From: Candidatus Hadarchaeota archaeon
GTDB lineage: Archaea; CAYQAE01; CAYVLA01
Assembly (NCBI GenBank): GCA_964621445.1
Contig: CAZUNO010000026.1
Coordinates: 1-34,281, forward strand
Direction of reading: 5' to 3'
Length of the DNA stretch: 34,281 bases
The position numbers and the translations under genes were made by a program. The notes below the pieces were generated by a model. The model saw nothing but the letters and a program-made list of their open reading frames with translations. It had not been told where the DNA came from and ran no database searches. This document shows, one piece after another, positions 17,292-27,900 of this stretch (positions are counted from its first letter, which is position 1; each line of letters begins with the position of its first letter).

Positions 17292-18839
17292 ATGATGAGA
17301 GTTATATCCGTCTCCGAACTAATCCACGCGAGAACCTTGAGATCAAGGCTAATCTTTCTTCAGGCAACGGCGTTCTTCACCGGGATGTCAATAATGGGAT
17401 TAGAGATGCTGGCATCCAGGTTCCTGGCACCCTACTTCGGCACCTCAACCTACGTATGGGCTACCATTATTGGAATGGCAATGATCGCTCTTTCAGTTGG
17501 CTATGTGCTAGGGGGTAGATGGGCGGATAGAAATCCGAGGTCATCGGGACTATTCAAAATCCTGTTCGTGGCTGCCTGCCTGACTCTAATAATTCCCATT
17601 GGTAGGATAATTTCGAGGTTAGGTTTCCAGGGCGCCGTCGAGATGTCATGGATCGGCTTTGCCGTTGGCCTTTTCGGGTCCCTCGGGCTTTTCTTCGTTC
17701 CCATGATGCTTTTGGCATGTGCATCTCCGTACATAATTCGTCTGGCGGCAAGGACGGTAGGAACGGTTGGCACCACCTCCGGTAGGATATATTCGGTATC
17801 GACGGTCGGAAGCATAGCCGGTGTTTTCCTGACTACTTTTTTGGGAATGCCTTATCTGGGTGTTGTGGAGACCCTTTTGGCCTATGGAATACTCATGCTG
17901 ACCATCAGTACCATTGGTCTTAAATCACCCCTGATGGGGGTCATGGGAGGGTTATTGATCCTGGGCGTTGTGTTGGCCCCAACCCAGGTAGGAGGGGAGG
18001 TTTTGTTCGAGGGTGAATCGGTTTACAACTACGTAAGGGTGGTGGAATCCTCAAACGATAGGTTGCTGCTGAAGCTCAATGAAGGCATAGGGTCCCAATC
18101 AGTCTACTCCGAGGACGACCTCTATACGCGTGGGATATGGGACTATTTTCTGGCCCCTCTACTGTTCAAGCCCAATGCCAAGGATGTCCTGGTGATTGGT
18201 TTTGCAGGCGGAACTGCTGGAAGGCAGTACCTCGAATTGTCAAACGCCAGCATCGTGGGGGTTGAGATTGATCCCCTTGTTGTGGAAGTCTCCAAACGAT
18301 ACTTCGGGGTTAAAGAAAGCGACCGTTTGGATGTGGAGGTTGCAGACGGAAGGACCTATCTGCTGATGCATCAAAAGAAGTTTGATATCATAATTATGGA
18401 TGCCTTTAACCCGCCAACCATTCCCTTTCACCTAGCAACCAAGGAGTTCTTTGAGCTTGTTGAGGAAAGGCTCAAAAAGCGTGGTGTAGTCGCGGTGAAT
18501 GTCCCCAGATACGGGCGACCAGCCCACGTAGTGGACCCCGTCTGCGCCACACTGGAATCTGTTTTCGATGAGGTATTTCTAGTTGATAGAAGGCCCAATA
18601 TTCCTCAACTAGCATTGGCATTTGAAGATGATGTCCGGTTGGAGGAATTCGTATCCAAGGTGGAGATAAATGCTATTAACGCACCAAAGAGGATCGTGAA
18701 TGGAATATCTAGCGGAGTTGGGGTTTTTGATGGTGATCGGTCCACGATCCTAACCGATAATCGATCTCCAATAGAGATCCTGGTACACAAGATAATTTTC
18801 GATTACGCGACCGGCGAGGAATCACTCGATTTAGGTTAG
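17292..18839 (+). CDS. Membrane-domain/spermidine-synthase-like fusion (SAM/dcSAM-dependent transferase)
   Basis: About 7 TM N-terminal region (LEMLASRFLAPYFGTSTYVW, STVGSIAG). C-terminal class I fold with IGFAGG, VEIDP, DGR, DAF, PFHLAT and LTDNRSP. Start uncertain (possibly TTG 17337). Confidence 0.88.
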   Translation: MMRVISVSELIHARTLRSRLIFLQATAFFTGMSIMGLEMLASRFLAPYFGTSTYVWATIIGMAMIALSVGYVLGGRWADRNPRSSGLFKILFVAACLTLIIPIGRIISRLGFQGAVEMSWIGFAVGLFGSLGLFFVPMMLLACASPYIIRLAARTVGTVGTTSGRIYSVSTVGSIAGVFLTTFLGMPYLGVVETLLAYGILMLTISTIGLKSPLMGVMGGLLILGVVLAPTQVGGEVLFEGESVYNYVRVVESSNDRLLLKLNEGIGSQSVYSEDDLYTRGIWDYFLAPLLFKPNAKDVLVIGFAGGTAGRQYLELSNASIVGVEIDPLVVEVSKRYFGVKESDRLDVEVADGRTYLLMHQKKFDIIIMDAFNPPTIPFHLATKEFFELVEERLKKRGVVAVNVPRYGRPAHVVDPVCATLESVFDEVFLVDRRPNIPQLALAFEDDVRLEEFVSKVEINAINAPKRIVNGISSGVGVFDGDRSTILTDNRSPIEILVHKIIFDYATGEESLDLG

Positions 18840-18847
18840 AATTTAAG

Positions 18848-19228
18848 CTACATCTCCTCCGGATCAAGGCCCAGGCTCATTATGCTGCAGGCCAGTATGG
18901 GATTCAGGTCCAGCTCCCTGGCCTTTGTCATTAATTCCGGCGAATCGGCCCCCGGGTTTACAAAGAGGAGTTCCACTCCCTTGGCAGCTATATCCTCCAT
19001 TAGCCCAATGCCTATTTCGGGATTTACATACAGCGAGGCGGCGTCGACTTGACCGGGGACATCACGTATTGAAGGATATGCTTTCAGTCCCTCGACACTA
19101 TCATCACGAATGCTGATTGGGTATACCTGGTAGCCCTTTTTCCTGTAGGCCCTTACCGCTTTGTTACTATATCTAGTCCGGTCATTAACAGCTCCAATTA
19201 TGGCTATGGATTCGATGTCCTCTAACAT
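18848..19228 (-). CDS. CoA-binding protein (YccU-like)
   Basis: SIAIIGA, VYPI, GLKAYPSIRDVP, NPGA and terminal C-I-M pattern. Confidence 0.88.
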   Translation of the reverse strand: MLEDIESIAIIGAVNDRTRYSNKAVRAYRKKGYQVYPISIRDDSVEGLKAYPSIRDVPGQVDAASLYVNPEIGIGLMEDIAAKGVELLFVNPGADSPELMTKARELDLNPILACSIMSLGLDPEEM

Positions 19229-19360
19229 GGATGATGAGGTGGCTCCCGGTTAGATTAATGCATCGTTAGGTCGGGTTGTAGCCAAGGGGTTGCGAAAGGG
19301 TAGCTGGCGAATTTTAAAATGGAAAATTAATTTAATTTCCCCACCTTGAATAGGGTGTTA

Positions 19361-20212
19361 ATGGTCAGAGTTACTAGAGCTTCGGGCAAAAGACAGAGAT
19401 TCAATCCGCGTAAGATTTACCGCACGTGTCTTAGGGCGGGCGTTAGCCGCAAAACCGCAAAAGAGGTAACCGAGGAGATAGAGGAGAGCATATACGATGG
19501 AATAGAGACCAAGGAAATCCTCAAGATGGTTATACAGGGGTTAAGAAAACGGGGTAAAAACGATGCCGCAAGTAGGTATGATCTTAAGCAGGCCATAATG
19601 CGCATGGGGCCTGAGGGTTTTCCATTTGAGACATTTCTAGCCCAGGTCCTGGAGAGATATGGATACCGGACCAAGCTTAGACAGTACGTGCAGGGCTTCT
19701 GTGTGCGACAGGAGATCGATATTATAATCGTAAAGGACGGGAAGAGGGAAATGGTTGAAGTGAAGTATCATAACTCTCCAGGTATCTACACAGGGCTAAA
19801 GGAAGCCATGTACACCCATGCACGTTTTCTGGACCTCCAGGAGGGTTACGAGGCTGGGAAATGTGAGGAATTCCAGAATGCATGGCTGGCCACCAATACC
19901 CGTAGTTCGGATGAGGCCCGGAAATATACTTCATGCAATGGGCTCAAGTTGCTGGGCTGGAGGCAACCCGAGGAGGGGGGAATCGAGCGTATGGTGGAGG
20001 AAAAGGGTCTCTATCCGGTTACCCTCTTGCCCTCCTTGAACAAGAACACATTCAGGGCTTTGAGCAAGGCCAATATCATGTTGATGGATAACCTGGCTTC
20101 CCATGACTCATCCGAACTGAGCCAGCTAACCGGTATGAAAATTGAGGATACACGTTCGCTACTGAAACGCGCCCATTCCATTATCGATGACCCACTGGGT
20201 CGATATGATTAG
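19361..20212 (+). CDS. ATP-cone domain fused to Mrr-like PD-(D/E)xK restriction endonuclease domain
   Basis: VTRASGKRQRFNPRKIYRTCLRAG ATP cone. LKQAIMRMGPEGFPFE, EIDI...VEVKYH, and C-terminal LYPVTLL helical domain. Confidence 0.85.
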   Translation: MVRVTRASGKRQRFNPRKIYRTCLRAGVSRKTAKEVTEEIEESIYDGIETKEILKMVIQGLRKRGKNDAASRYDLKQAIMRMGPEGFPFETFLAQVLERYGYRTKLRQYVQGFCVRQEIDIIIVKDGKREMVEVKYHNSPGIYTGLKEAMYTHARFLDLQEGYEAGKCEEFQNAWLATNTRSSDEARKYTSCNGLKLLGWRQPEEGGIERMVEEKGLYPVTLLPSLNKNTFRALSKANIMLMDNLASHDSSELSQLTGMKIEDTRSLLKRAHSIIDDPLGRYD

Positions 20213-20222
20213 TAAGGTCACC

Positions 20223-21263
20223 TTAGATTCCGGTGCAGAAAGCTGAGACCAGGTCCGCGCAGGCCTGCAGGTCGGATAGATCGAGCAACGAGAGCCCGTT
20301 ATGTATATATCTGCACGGGCAGGAAAGGACTCCGGAGGGCACCCCACTTCTGGTAAGTGCTATTCTACCAGCATCGGTTCCACCATACAGCGGTTTCTTT
20401 ATCTGGTACGGGATCCCCTCCTCCTGGGCTCTGGATTTCAGCGTCTCAACGATCTTTGGGTGGGCAATTAGGGATTTATCGGCAACGGTTATGGCCGGTC
20501 CTTTTCCCAAACGGGTGGGACATTTCTCATTTTCTATCCCTGGAATGTCGCCGGCCGCCGTATTTTCGATGGCCAGAGCCATATCAGGTTCCGCCGAGTA
20601 AGCGGCTGTGGTTGCTCCTCTGCCACCTACCTCTTCGCAAACGGTAAAATTGAAGATGAAGGTAGCGGTGTGGTAGGTCTCTATCAGCCCTTTTAGAATA
20701 TGAATAAGAATGGCACAGCCCACCCTGTCATCGAAAGCCTTGCCCATAACCCTGTCGAATCCGATTCTACTGAATGAATGGTGAATTGTGAAGGGGGTTC
20801 CGACCTCAATGCCGACCGACCCCACTTCCTCGGCAGAGGAAGCACCAATATCTACAAACATCTTGTCGCTTTGGATTACCTTGTCCCTCTCGTCCTTTTT
20901 CTGGAGATGCGGAGGCTTAGTACCCACTACTCCTCGAATAGAAGAGTCCACTAACTGGAATTTCACAGGGTGACCAAGCAATGTTCGGTCGTCCCAAGAT
21001 CCGAGCTTTTCGAATCTGATAAAACCGTGGTCATCGATATGGGTGGTGATGAATCCTACCTCGTCCATATGGGCATCGAGTAATACCCTCGGTCCATCTT
21101 CCATGCCTTCCTTGATGACCACGAGGTTTCCCAGTCGGTCAATCTCGGATTTCACGGGCAGATCCTCGATTTTGGACAATATGATATTTCTCACATGCGA
21201 TTCAAATCCGGAAACGCCAATGACATTGGATAGGTCTTCGAGGTCGTCGATCAAGCGGGACAT
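20223..21263 (-). CDS. M42 family metallo-aminopeptidase (TET/FrvX-like)
   Basis: GVSGFE, AHMDEVG, KAFDDRVG, EEVG, GGTDAG and RYIH motifs. Start probably ATG 21263. Confidence 0.93.
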   Translation of the reverse strand: MSRLIDDLEDLSNVIGVSGFESHVRNIILSKIEDLPVKSEIDRLGNLVVIKEGMEDGPRVLLDAHMDEVGFITTHIDDHGFIRFEKLGSWDDRTLLGHPVKFQLVDSSIRGVVGTKPPHLQKKDERDKVIQSDKMFVDIGASSAEEVGSVGIEVGTPFTIHHSFSRIGFDRVMGKAFDDRVGCAILIHILKGLIETYHTATFIFNFTVCEEVGGRGATTAAYSAEPDMALAIENTAAGDIPGIENEKCPTRLGKGPAITVADKSLIAHPKIVETLKSRAQEEGIPYQIKKPLYGGTDAGRIALTRSGVPSGVLSCPCRYIHNGLSLLDLSDLQACADLVSAFCTGI

Positions 21264-21345
21264 GAGAACAACCAGGAGCCGGTGATCCACCACCTATTTC
21301 AATCTCCCCTCTCAAACGATGCTCGCGCCGAGGAATGTGTGGTTA

Positions 21346-22185
21346 ATGAAGATTGGAGTTCATGTTTCCATATCAGGTGGAATAGCCAAAAGCATTGACA
21401 GGGCCTTGGAGCGCAAATGTGACACCATTCAGATATTTGCCAGAACGCCAAGGGCCTGGAAGGGAAAGGATTGGGACCTGGATGACGTTGAATTATTCAT
21501 GAAAAAGAGAAGGGAAGCCAGTATCAAACCAGTTGTTATCCACACCTGCTATCTCATCAATCTTGCAACCCCGAGGGAGGATCTGAGAAGAAAGTCAATG
21601 GAGTGTCTGATTGACGACCTTCGTAGGGCCGATATGGCTGATATTGAATATGTGGTTACCCACCCCGGTTCCAGTTCGGGCATGGAGGGCCGGACAAAAA
21701 GGGTAAGGAAATGTTGTGTGGAAGCACTTCAAAAATCGGATACCGATGCCCAATTGCTAATTGAAAATGTATCAGGAAGTGGAAATAAGGTGGGCAGTTC
21801 CCTTGATGAGCTGGCGGAAATCGTTGATGGAACGGATTTGGGAATACTTATTGATACCTGCCATGCATTTACGGCAGGAATCCCAATTCATGAGCAACCT
21901 GGTGCAGTTCTGGACGAGATGGAGGAAAAGGTGGGGCTGGAAAGGTTAATGGCCCTCCACCTGAATGATTCAAAGGGAAAATTTGGATCCAACATAGATC
22001 ACCATGAACATATAGGAGAGGGGGAAATCGGAGAGGAAGGTTTTAGGCGAATATTATCTGATAAAAGGATTCGGTCAATTCCCGGTATCCTCGAGACCCC
22101 GCAGAGGACCAAGGATGACCCTTCCAATGACCTGATCAATTTGGCAAGGGTAAGGCGTATTCTTGAAGAGGTAAATCCCGAATGA
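21346..22185 (+). CDS. nfo: Endonuclease IV (AP endonuclease)
   Basis: IGVHVSISGG, QIF, YLINLA, HPG, IEN, DTCHAF, HLNDSK, DHHEHIGEG and ILETP. Confidence 0.95.
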   Translation: MKIGVHVSISGGIAKSIDRALERKCDTIQIFARTPRAWKGKDWDLDDVELFMKKRREASIKPVVIHTCYLINLATPREDLRRKSMECLIDDLRRADMADIEYVVTHPGSSSGMEGRTKRVRKCCVEALQKSDTDAQLLIENVSGSGNKVGSSLDELAEIVDGTDLGILIDTCHAFTAGIPIHEQPGAVLDEMEEKVGLERLMALHLNDSKGKFGSNIDHHEHIGEGEIGEEGFRRILSDKRIRSIPGILETPQRTKDDPSNDLINLARVRRILEEVNPE

Positions 22186-22197
22186 AAGGGGCAGCAT

Positions 22198-22701
22198 TCA
22201 CTCTCCTGCTGACTTCAGATATAGATTGACGTTTTCCAATTTGCGCACCAGACGTCTGTAATCCTGCAATGCCCGTCTTACCCGCCTTGCGTACTCCCGA
22301 GTATTTAGCTCGAGTCCACATTCAGGGCAAAAGCATCTCTCGCCCCTCCCTTCAATTCTCAAGCGGGAGGAGCAAACGTCACAGAGACCATAAATGGATA
22401 ACGGAAAACTGAGGACAAAAGGCCAAGTAGATGGGTCCTTCGTTTCCTTTGGAAAACATGTATTGAACCATGTTTTGGGAAGACGCGCTACCTGGATGGC
22501 AAAGGAAAAGGTGATATCCCAATCCAAGGCCCTTTGGTTATGGGGTATAAGGGAGGCTACCAACCCAGATACACCTATAACCAGTATGGCAGTCGGTACC
22601 AAGGTTGGTAGTCCGATACCTGGTCCAGTAAGTAGCACTGTGAATCCAGCTAAAACTATGAAAGATATGCCGAGCATCGAGCGATTTACTCTTCTCCCCA
22701 A
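22198..22701 (-). CDS. Membrane protein with C-terminal zinc ribbon
   Basis: Two N-terminal hydrophobic helices, CDVC...CPECG and a basic helical tail. Confidence 0.65.
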   Translation of the reverse strand: MGRRVNRSMLGISFIVLAGFTVLLTGPGIGLPTLVPTAILVIGVSGLVASLIPHNQRALDWDITFSFAIQVARLPKTWFNTCFPKETKDPSTWPFVLSFPLSIYGLCDVCSSRLRIEGRGERCFCPECGLELNTREYARRVRRALQDYRRLVRKLENVNLYLKSAGE

Positions 22702-22801
22702 TAATACACTTCCCGAGGCTTTAGTACTATTTTGACTCCTATCTCTTAATGATTATCTAAAGCGATCCTGATCGGGATTACATGGATTCGATTGATTATG
22801 C

Positions 22802-23926
22802 CTAGTTCGAGAATTCCCGAAGGATTTCGTTGAAGGAAACCAGTACGGTCCTTAGATCGGTTCTATCAACGCCGTAGGTGCTGAGTTTGAAAAACTTGGT
22901 GAGTCCGGGCTTGATTCCATGTATTCCGCGCTTCTTGAGTTCTTTATAAAGAAAATACCTACCGCCTTTGGCCGTTTTGGAAATCTCGTATAAAGGCGGA
23001 GTGCTAAAGAACATTAGGTCATGTCGGTGAGGTTTCTGGCCCATCTGTACTAGGCCCATTTTTCCCATCTCGGTGGAGAACCACCTAGCTTTCTCGACCT
23101 CTTCTCCCCAGTTCTCAACCCTTTTTTTTACATGGGGAAAAGAAGCCATCATGGTCATCACGGTTGATCCCCGTGCCGTACAGCCAAGGAGTTCGACCTC
23201 CTTTTGTTCGAAGTTCTTCGATTTCCTGAAAACGATGTCCGCATATTCATCAGTAGTTCCCAAAAGGCCGATGGGGCCGGAGGAGGCCATTGATTTATGG
23301 CCGCTAGCAGCAAGAAAGCTGCAGCCCATATCGGATCCATTTACGGGCCTTCTGCCCACGGAATAGGCAGCATTTAGCAGCATCGGCACATCATTTTCCG
23401 AACAAATTTTGGAAACCTTCTTTGCGTCTATATAATTACCATATTTTCCATCAGGCCATGTGAGAACAACCAATGACGGGTCATTTTCCTCGATGGCTGG
23501 CCGGAATCTGGAAGGATCAATCGAGTATCCGGGTGGACCGGAGTGTTCAACGGGGGCTACCTGCAGGCCACAGCGCTCAGCAGCGAGGTGAGTGGTGTAA
23601 TGTGCGTTTGAATCCGCTACAATGGTATCACCTCTGTTACAAATGCTGTGCATGACTATGAAGATCGATTCGCGTGCCCCATTGGTGACCCTTACTTGAT
23701 CCATTCCCGTGAATTCAGGCAGCTTGTGGTGAATGAATTCCTTGAGAGCGGGAGTGGATATCTTGTCGAGCCTTCCCCTACAGTAATCACAGATGGAATA
23801 ACCATCCGCCCACTCCATCAGGGTCTTCCGAGCCACAGCTGGAAGCTTGCCCCCGGTTTGAAGCGGGTTGATGTTGATCATATCTAGGGTTCGCCGATGT
23901 ATTGGCTCTGATGCGGGTTCGGTCAT
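22802..23926 (-). CDS. pscS: O-phosphoseryl-tRNA:Cys-tRNA synthase (SepCysS)
   Basis: ININPLQTGGKL, DGYSICDYC (CxxC), GARE, AHYT, NAAYS, SGHKS (PLP lysine), ELLGCT, GIKPGLT and KLSTYG. Confidence 0.93.
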   Translation of the reverse strand: MTEPASEPIHRRTLDMININPLQTGGKLPAVARKTLMEWADGYSICDYCRGRLDKISTPALKEFIHHKLPEFTGMDQVRVTNGARESIFIVMHSICNRGDTIVADSNAHYTTHLAAERCGLQVAPVEHSGPPGYSIDPSRFRPAIEENDPSLVVLTWPDGKYGNYIDAKKVSKICSENDVPMLLNAAYSVGRRPVNGSDMGCSFLAASGHKSMASSGPIGLLGTTDEYADIVFRKSKNFEQKEVELLGCTARGSTVMTMMASFPHVKKRVENWGEEVEKARWFSTEMGKMGLVQMGQKPHRHDLMFFSTPPLYEISKTAKGGRYFLYKELKKRGIHGIKPGLTKFFKLSTYGVDRTDLRTVLVSFNEILREFSN

Positions 23927-23968
23927 ATTCCCTTCACCTTGGTGTCGGGCTGGTTAGTTGTCATTCCA

Positions 23969-24913
23969 TTACTTGCCTGGCATATTCCGGGAGACTATGT
24001 CAATGAAATTCTTCCACTTTTCTCCGAAAATCTGGGAGGCCTCCGGGTTGGATTCCACGATCAATTCCACGGTTTTCCTATCCAGTTCCACCGGGTCAGA
24101 TGAGGCGATAAAACCTAGGTCAGGTGAGATAATTGGCCCCGGGTTGGTGGTGCAATCACAGAACTTGGTGATCCTATTCAGCTCATTGATAAAGAAGGGT
24201 TCCCGGAAACTGGAGGTTACCGTGGAACAGGTCTCAGCATATCGGCGGTAGCATTTCTCCATCGCTTCCTCAGGTCGCCAGAGGGCCCCGGTGGAACAGG
24301 TGTTAAGACATCTCTCGCAGGCTGGACAGTCTTTAAGATTAAGTTCTATCCTGTCATTTAGAACCAGGAATCCGAAGGGACAGGCCTCCACACAATCTCC
24401 ACATTGCTTGCATTTCTCCTCGTCGTACCTGGGCCAACCGGCACTGTGGATGTATCTCTTGCCCCTTTTTCCGACGCAACCCATGGACACATTCTTGATC
24501 GCTCCCGCAAATCCAGTGCTTATGTGACCGGTTGCGTGGGAAATCACGACAAGTCGATCCGCATTCAACAATTCCTTTGCTACATGGATATTGCCGACCT
24601 TCGTCTCACCGTCAACATCTGCAATTTTGATCGGGCAGCCAATGCTTTTCTCAGTATATCCATTCATGGCTGCCGTTTCCAGATAGTCCTCCGCCTTGTA
24701 CCTTTTCCGTTGATAGAGTGTGGTGGTATCGGTGAGAAATGGGAGACAATCCATATCCTTAAGCCTTTTAACCAGGGTTCTAACGGTTCCCGGACGGAGA
24801 AAGGTCTTGTTCCCGCGCTCTCCCATGTGAAGCTTGATGGCGACGCTGTCCTGAGAATCATAGTCGGGAAGAGGAACGTCCGCAACCGAGGAATAGATCT
24901 TCATATTATCCAA
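23969..24913 (-). CDS. DUF362 domain iron-sulfur protein
   Basis: AIKLHMGERGN, TDTTTLY, SHATGH, GAIKNVSMGC, two CxxCxxCxxxC ferredoxin motifs, CDC and SSDPVELD. Confidence 0.88.
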   Translation of the reverse strand: MDNMKIYSSVADVPLPDYDSQDSVAIKLHMGERGNKTFLRPGTVRTLVKRLKDMDCLPFLTDTTTLYQRKRYKAEDYLETAAMNGYTEKSIGCPIKIADVDGETKVGNIHVAKELLNADRLVVISHATGHISTGFAGAIKNVSMGCVGKRGKRYIHSAGWPRYDEEKCKQCGDCVEACPFGFLVLNDRIELNLKDCPACERCLNTCSTGALWRPEEAMEKCYRRYAETCSTVTSSFREPFFINELNRITKFCDCTTNPGPIISPDLGFIASSDPVELDRKTVELIVESNPEASQIFGEKWKNFIDIVSRNMPGK

Positions 24914-24974
24914 TACCTCTTGGTAACTAATCCTTGGCGGGGGGAATTTCTATTAACTCTTATGAGGAGAGACC

Positions 24975-27900
24975 CTAATCGAAACTGTATACATGATGTT
25001 CGGTTTCCTTCTTGTCCCGATTCGATCCACGTACCTTATAGATAATCGCTGCCAGGAAAATCAAGCCCACAACGGGTATTAGTACCCAGATGGGAATGCG
25101 TCGCTTGACCTCAAAAACAACCTTCTTCTTGATCTCATTTCCCAACTCATCCTCGGCACGAACTTCCAAAGTGTGCACCCCAGGTCCAATGCTCGATCCC
25201 TTTTCGTAAGGTTCTCCGTCGAGATAGGCATTAAAGATGACTGCTCCCTCATCATGGACGGATAGATTTGGGGTTAGGGAGCCTACATAGGTTCCACCAT
25301 CCTCCACGTCAAGCTCGATTGTTGGAGCTTTGGTATCAATGTAGAATCTAAGCTTTTTCTGCCGGCTATTGTTTGCCTTGTCCCTGGCCCTGATCGAGAT
25401 CGTGTGATTACCGTCCTTCACCTTCTGACCCATTTCATATGGATTACCATCCAAAATAAATTCCGATAGGGGGCTTGGATCCAGATTATCGGTTATATTT
25501 ACCCTGGGAATGATCCATTTACCAAAGGACTGGCCGGGGTCAATGTTTACCTCGATATCTGGCCTGGTTTCATCTACGTGGAAATAGAAATTGAGCTGAA
25601 CCCTGTTTGCTGCCCAATCCCAAGCTTGTATATTCAGGGCATGTTTCCCCTCTTCAACGGTTATTGGAGGTTCATAGGTCCGGCTATCGAGCGTGATGTT
25701 ATATCCGGGGCTAGGATCCATATCGTCAAAGAAATCGATCGTAATGATTGATGGCTCCTTGTACCAGGTCCGGTTTTCCACCGAACAGGTAACAACAGGG
25801 GCGGAATTATCGACGACTAGGTGTAAATCAAGGGTGGCGGAGTTGCCAGCGTTGTCGGTGGCCACCCCGTGGAAGTCATATATCCCGGGGCCTAGCACCC
25901 GCCCATAATAGGGGTCACCGTCTAGGAGGACCCTCATGTCAGGATTGGGGTCCATAAGATCTCTGGTCCTAAAATCTATCCTAACCGGTCTCCGTTGGAA
26001 TTCCTGGCTGAGGTTATGGGAAATCAATGGAGGCTCAGTGTCAACCGAAAAGTAAATGTGAATTTGCCTTGTGTTGCCTGCGAAGTCGGTGACCTTGATA
26101 AAGAATTCATGGTCACCACTACCAACAGCTTCCTGGCCGTATGGTACCCCATCAAGCAGGGATTCGACATCGGGGCTGGGGTCCACCAGATCGTTTACGT
26201 GATAGGAGATTACAAAGCTATGGTTATAGGATGAACCATTTCTCAGGTTATCGACCTCGATCAGCGGTGGGCTAGAATCTAGTATCATCTGATGGATGGT
26301 TGTCTGGTTATTCCCGGCCCTATCCACCGCCCGGATTGAGAGCATATGCCTACCCTGGGGTAGGTCAAAATCTTGTCTGTAAACTATTCTTTCCTGAGGG
26401 CCATTTTGGGTTCTATTCACCATGCTACCTGGTTTCCAGTCATGCTCGTTTATTCTAATTGAGCTACTGTGTATGCCGCTGAGGTTTTCATCCACCCTCC
26501 AATAAACATCTTCAAGGGAGGGGAGAATAGGATTTTTGAGATCAGGAGCCAGAAGCTCTGGCAATGGAGGGGTTGAATCGACGAGGAAGCCAATCTTCTC
26601 CCTCGATCTCCAACCCACCTCATCCACTGCAAGGATTCGCAGGCTATGACGGCCCTCACCTATTTCTTGGCCCGTGAATATTGCTCCATCCAGATATATA
26701 TCGAGCTCTGGTTGGTCATCAACGTTATCCGTCACCGATATATTGAGACCAACTGGAGATGAATAGAGGGTGCCATTGGTTGGTTCGCGGATAAGCAAAT
26801 CCGGCGGGTTATTGTCGACGCATACTTGAAAGACACTGGAGTCGAATAGATTTCCGTCGGTAAGGTTTATCTCAAGAATATGGGGCCCATCCTGGACGCC
26901 TCCGCTGGGAAAGGTGAAGTTGAAGGGTCCAGCGCCGATATCATGGGTTTCCTGTATATCTCCTATTGAGATCTCTAGTTTCAGAGGGTCTCCATTTGGA
27001 TCCTCGGCGAGTCCCGAGATGGATGAATTTGTGGTTATCAAGGTACCATTCATATTCTCAACCTCTAGCAGTGGGAGATAGAGGCTAAGGAGGGAGGAGG
27101 ATATTCTGGCAGCACTCCCGGAATATCGAAAGCCGAAGGCCGCCTCTCCCAGGGAATACGTTTCATTGTTTTTGGCCAGGTCCCCCGAGAATTCGAAACG
27201 GCTGACTGAGAGCACCGGTTCGATCCCGATGTTCCTGGAGTCCATTATCGCAAGTCTCCCCTGTTTCCTGGATCTGTTTATCATTTCCCCGAGCATACGT
27301 TTAGCCTGGCCTTCGTCCTGGGATAGTACCAGGATGTTGATGAAATCGATAGCCAATCCGGACCTGACTTCTGATTCCAGTGCTTCAAAGGCGGCCATGG
27401 ACCAGTTATTTGAGGTCATGGCCCACTGTGCCGCATTCAAGGATTCGTAGGGATCTATGAAGGAGTATTGAGGAAAGAAGGCAACGATGAAATCTATAGC
27501 AGAGCCGTGCGGTAGGCCAAATATCTCCTCGTAAAGTAGATCTGCATAGGTGGCAAGAATTGAGGCATCTGCATAGATATTCTCTGCCATGGTTTTCAGA
27601 TCATCATCTTCCGTAGGATGTCCGTTCCCATAGAAACGTATGATGTCACTCCATAATATTGCAGTGTAGATCCTTTCCCGGGCGAAGCTTACGTAATAAA
27701 TGGAGGATTCATGGTCACCATCGCTGAAGCTACTTCTCGAATTTCCAAGGAGTTCCGTTGCCTCATGGATTCTAGATTGTGTGGCTGCTAAGCATTCTAG
27801 GCCGGTGATGCTCTGAACTTCAAATCCGGTTATATTTTCACGGATCATTGCTATCATTTCCTCGACTCCCTCCCAGAGGGAATTGGTATAGGATGAACGG

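Noticed and set aside
24404-25045. 213-aa plus-strand ORF and other long antisense ORFs (e.g. 15099-15608, 7308-7769)
   Set aside because: Antisense shadows of well-supported genes with no recognisable features.
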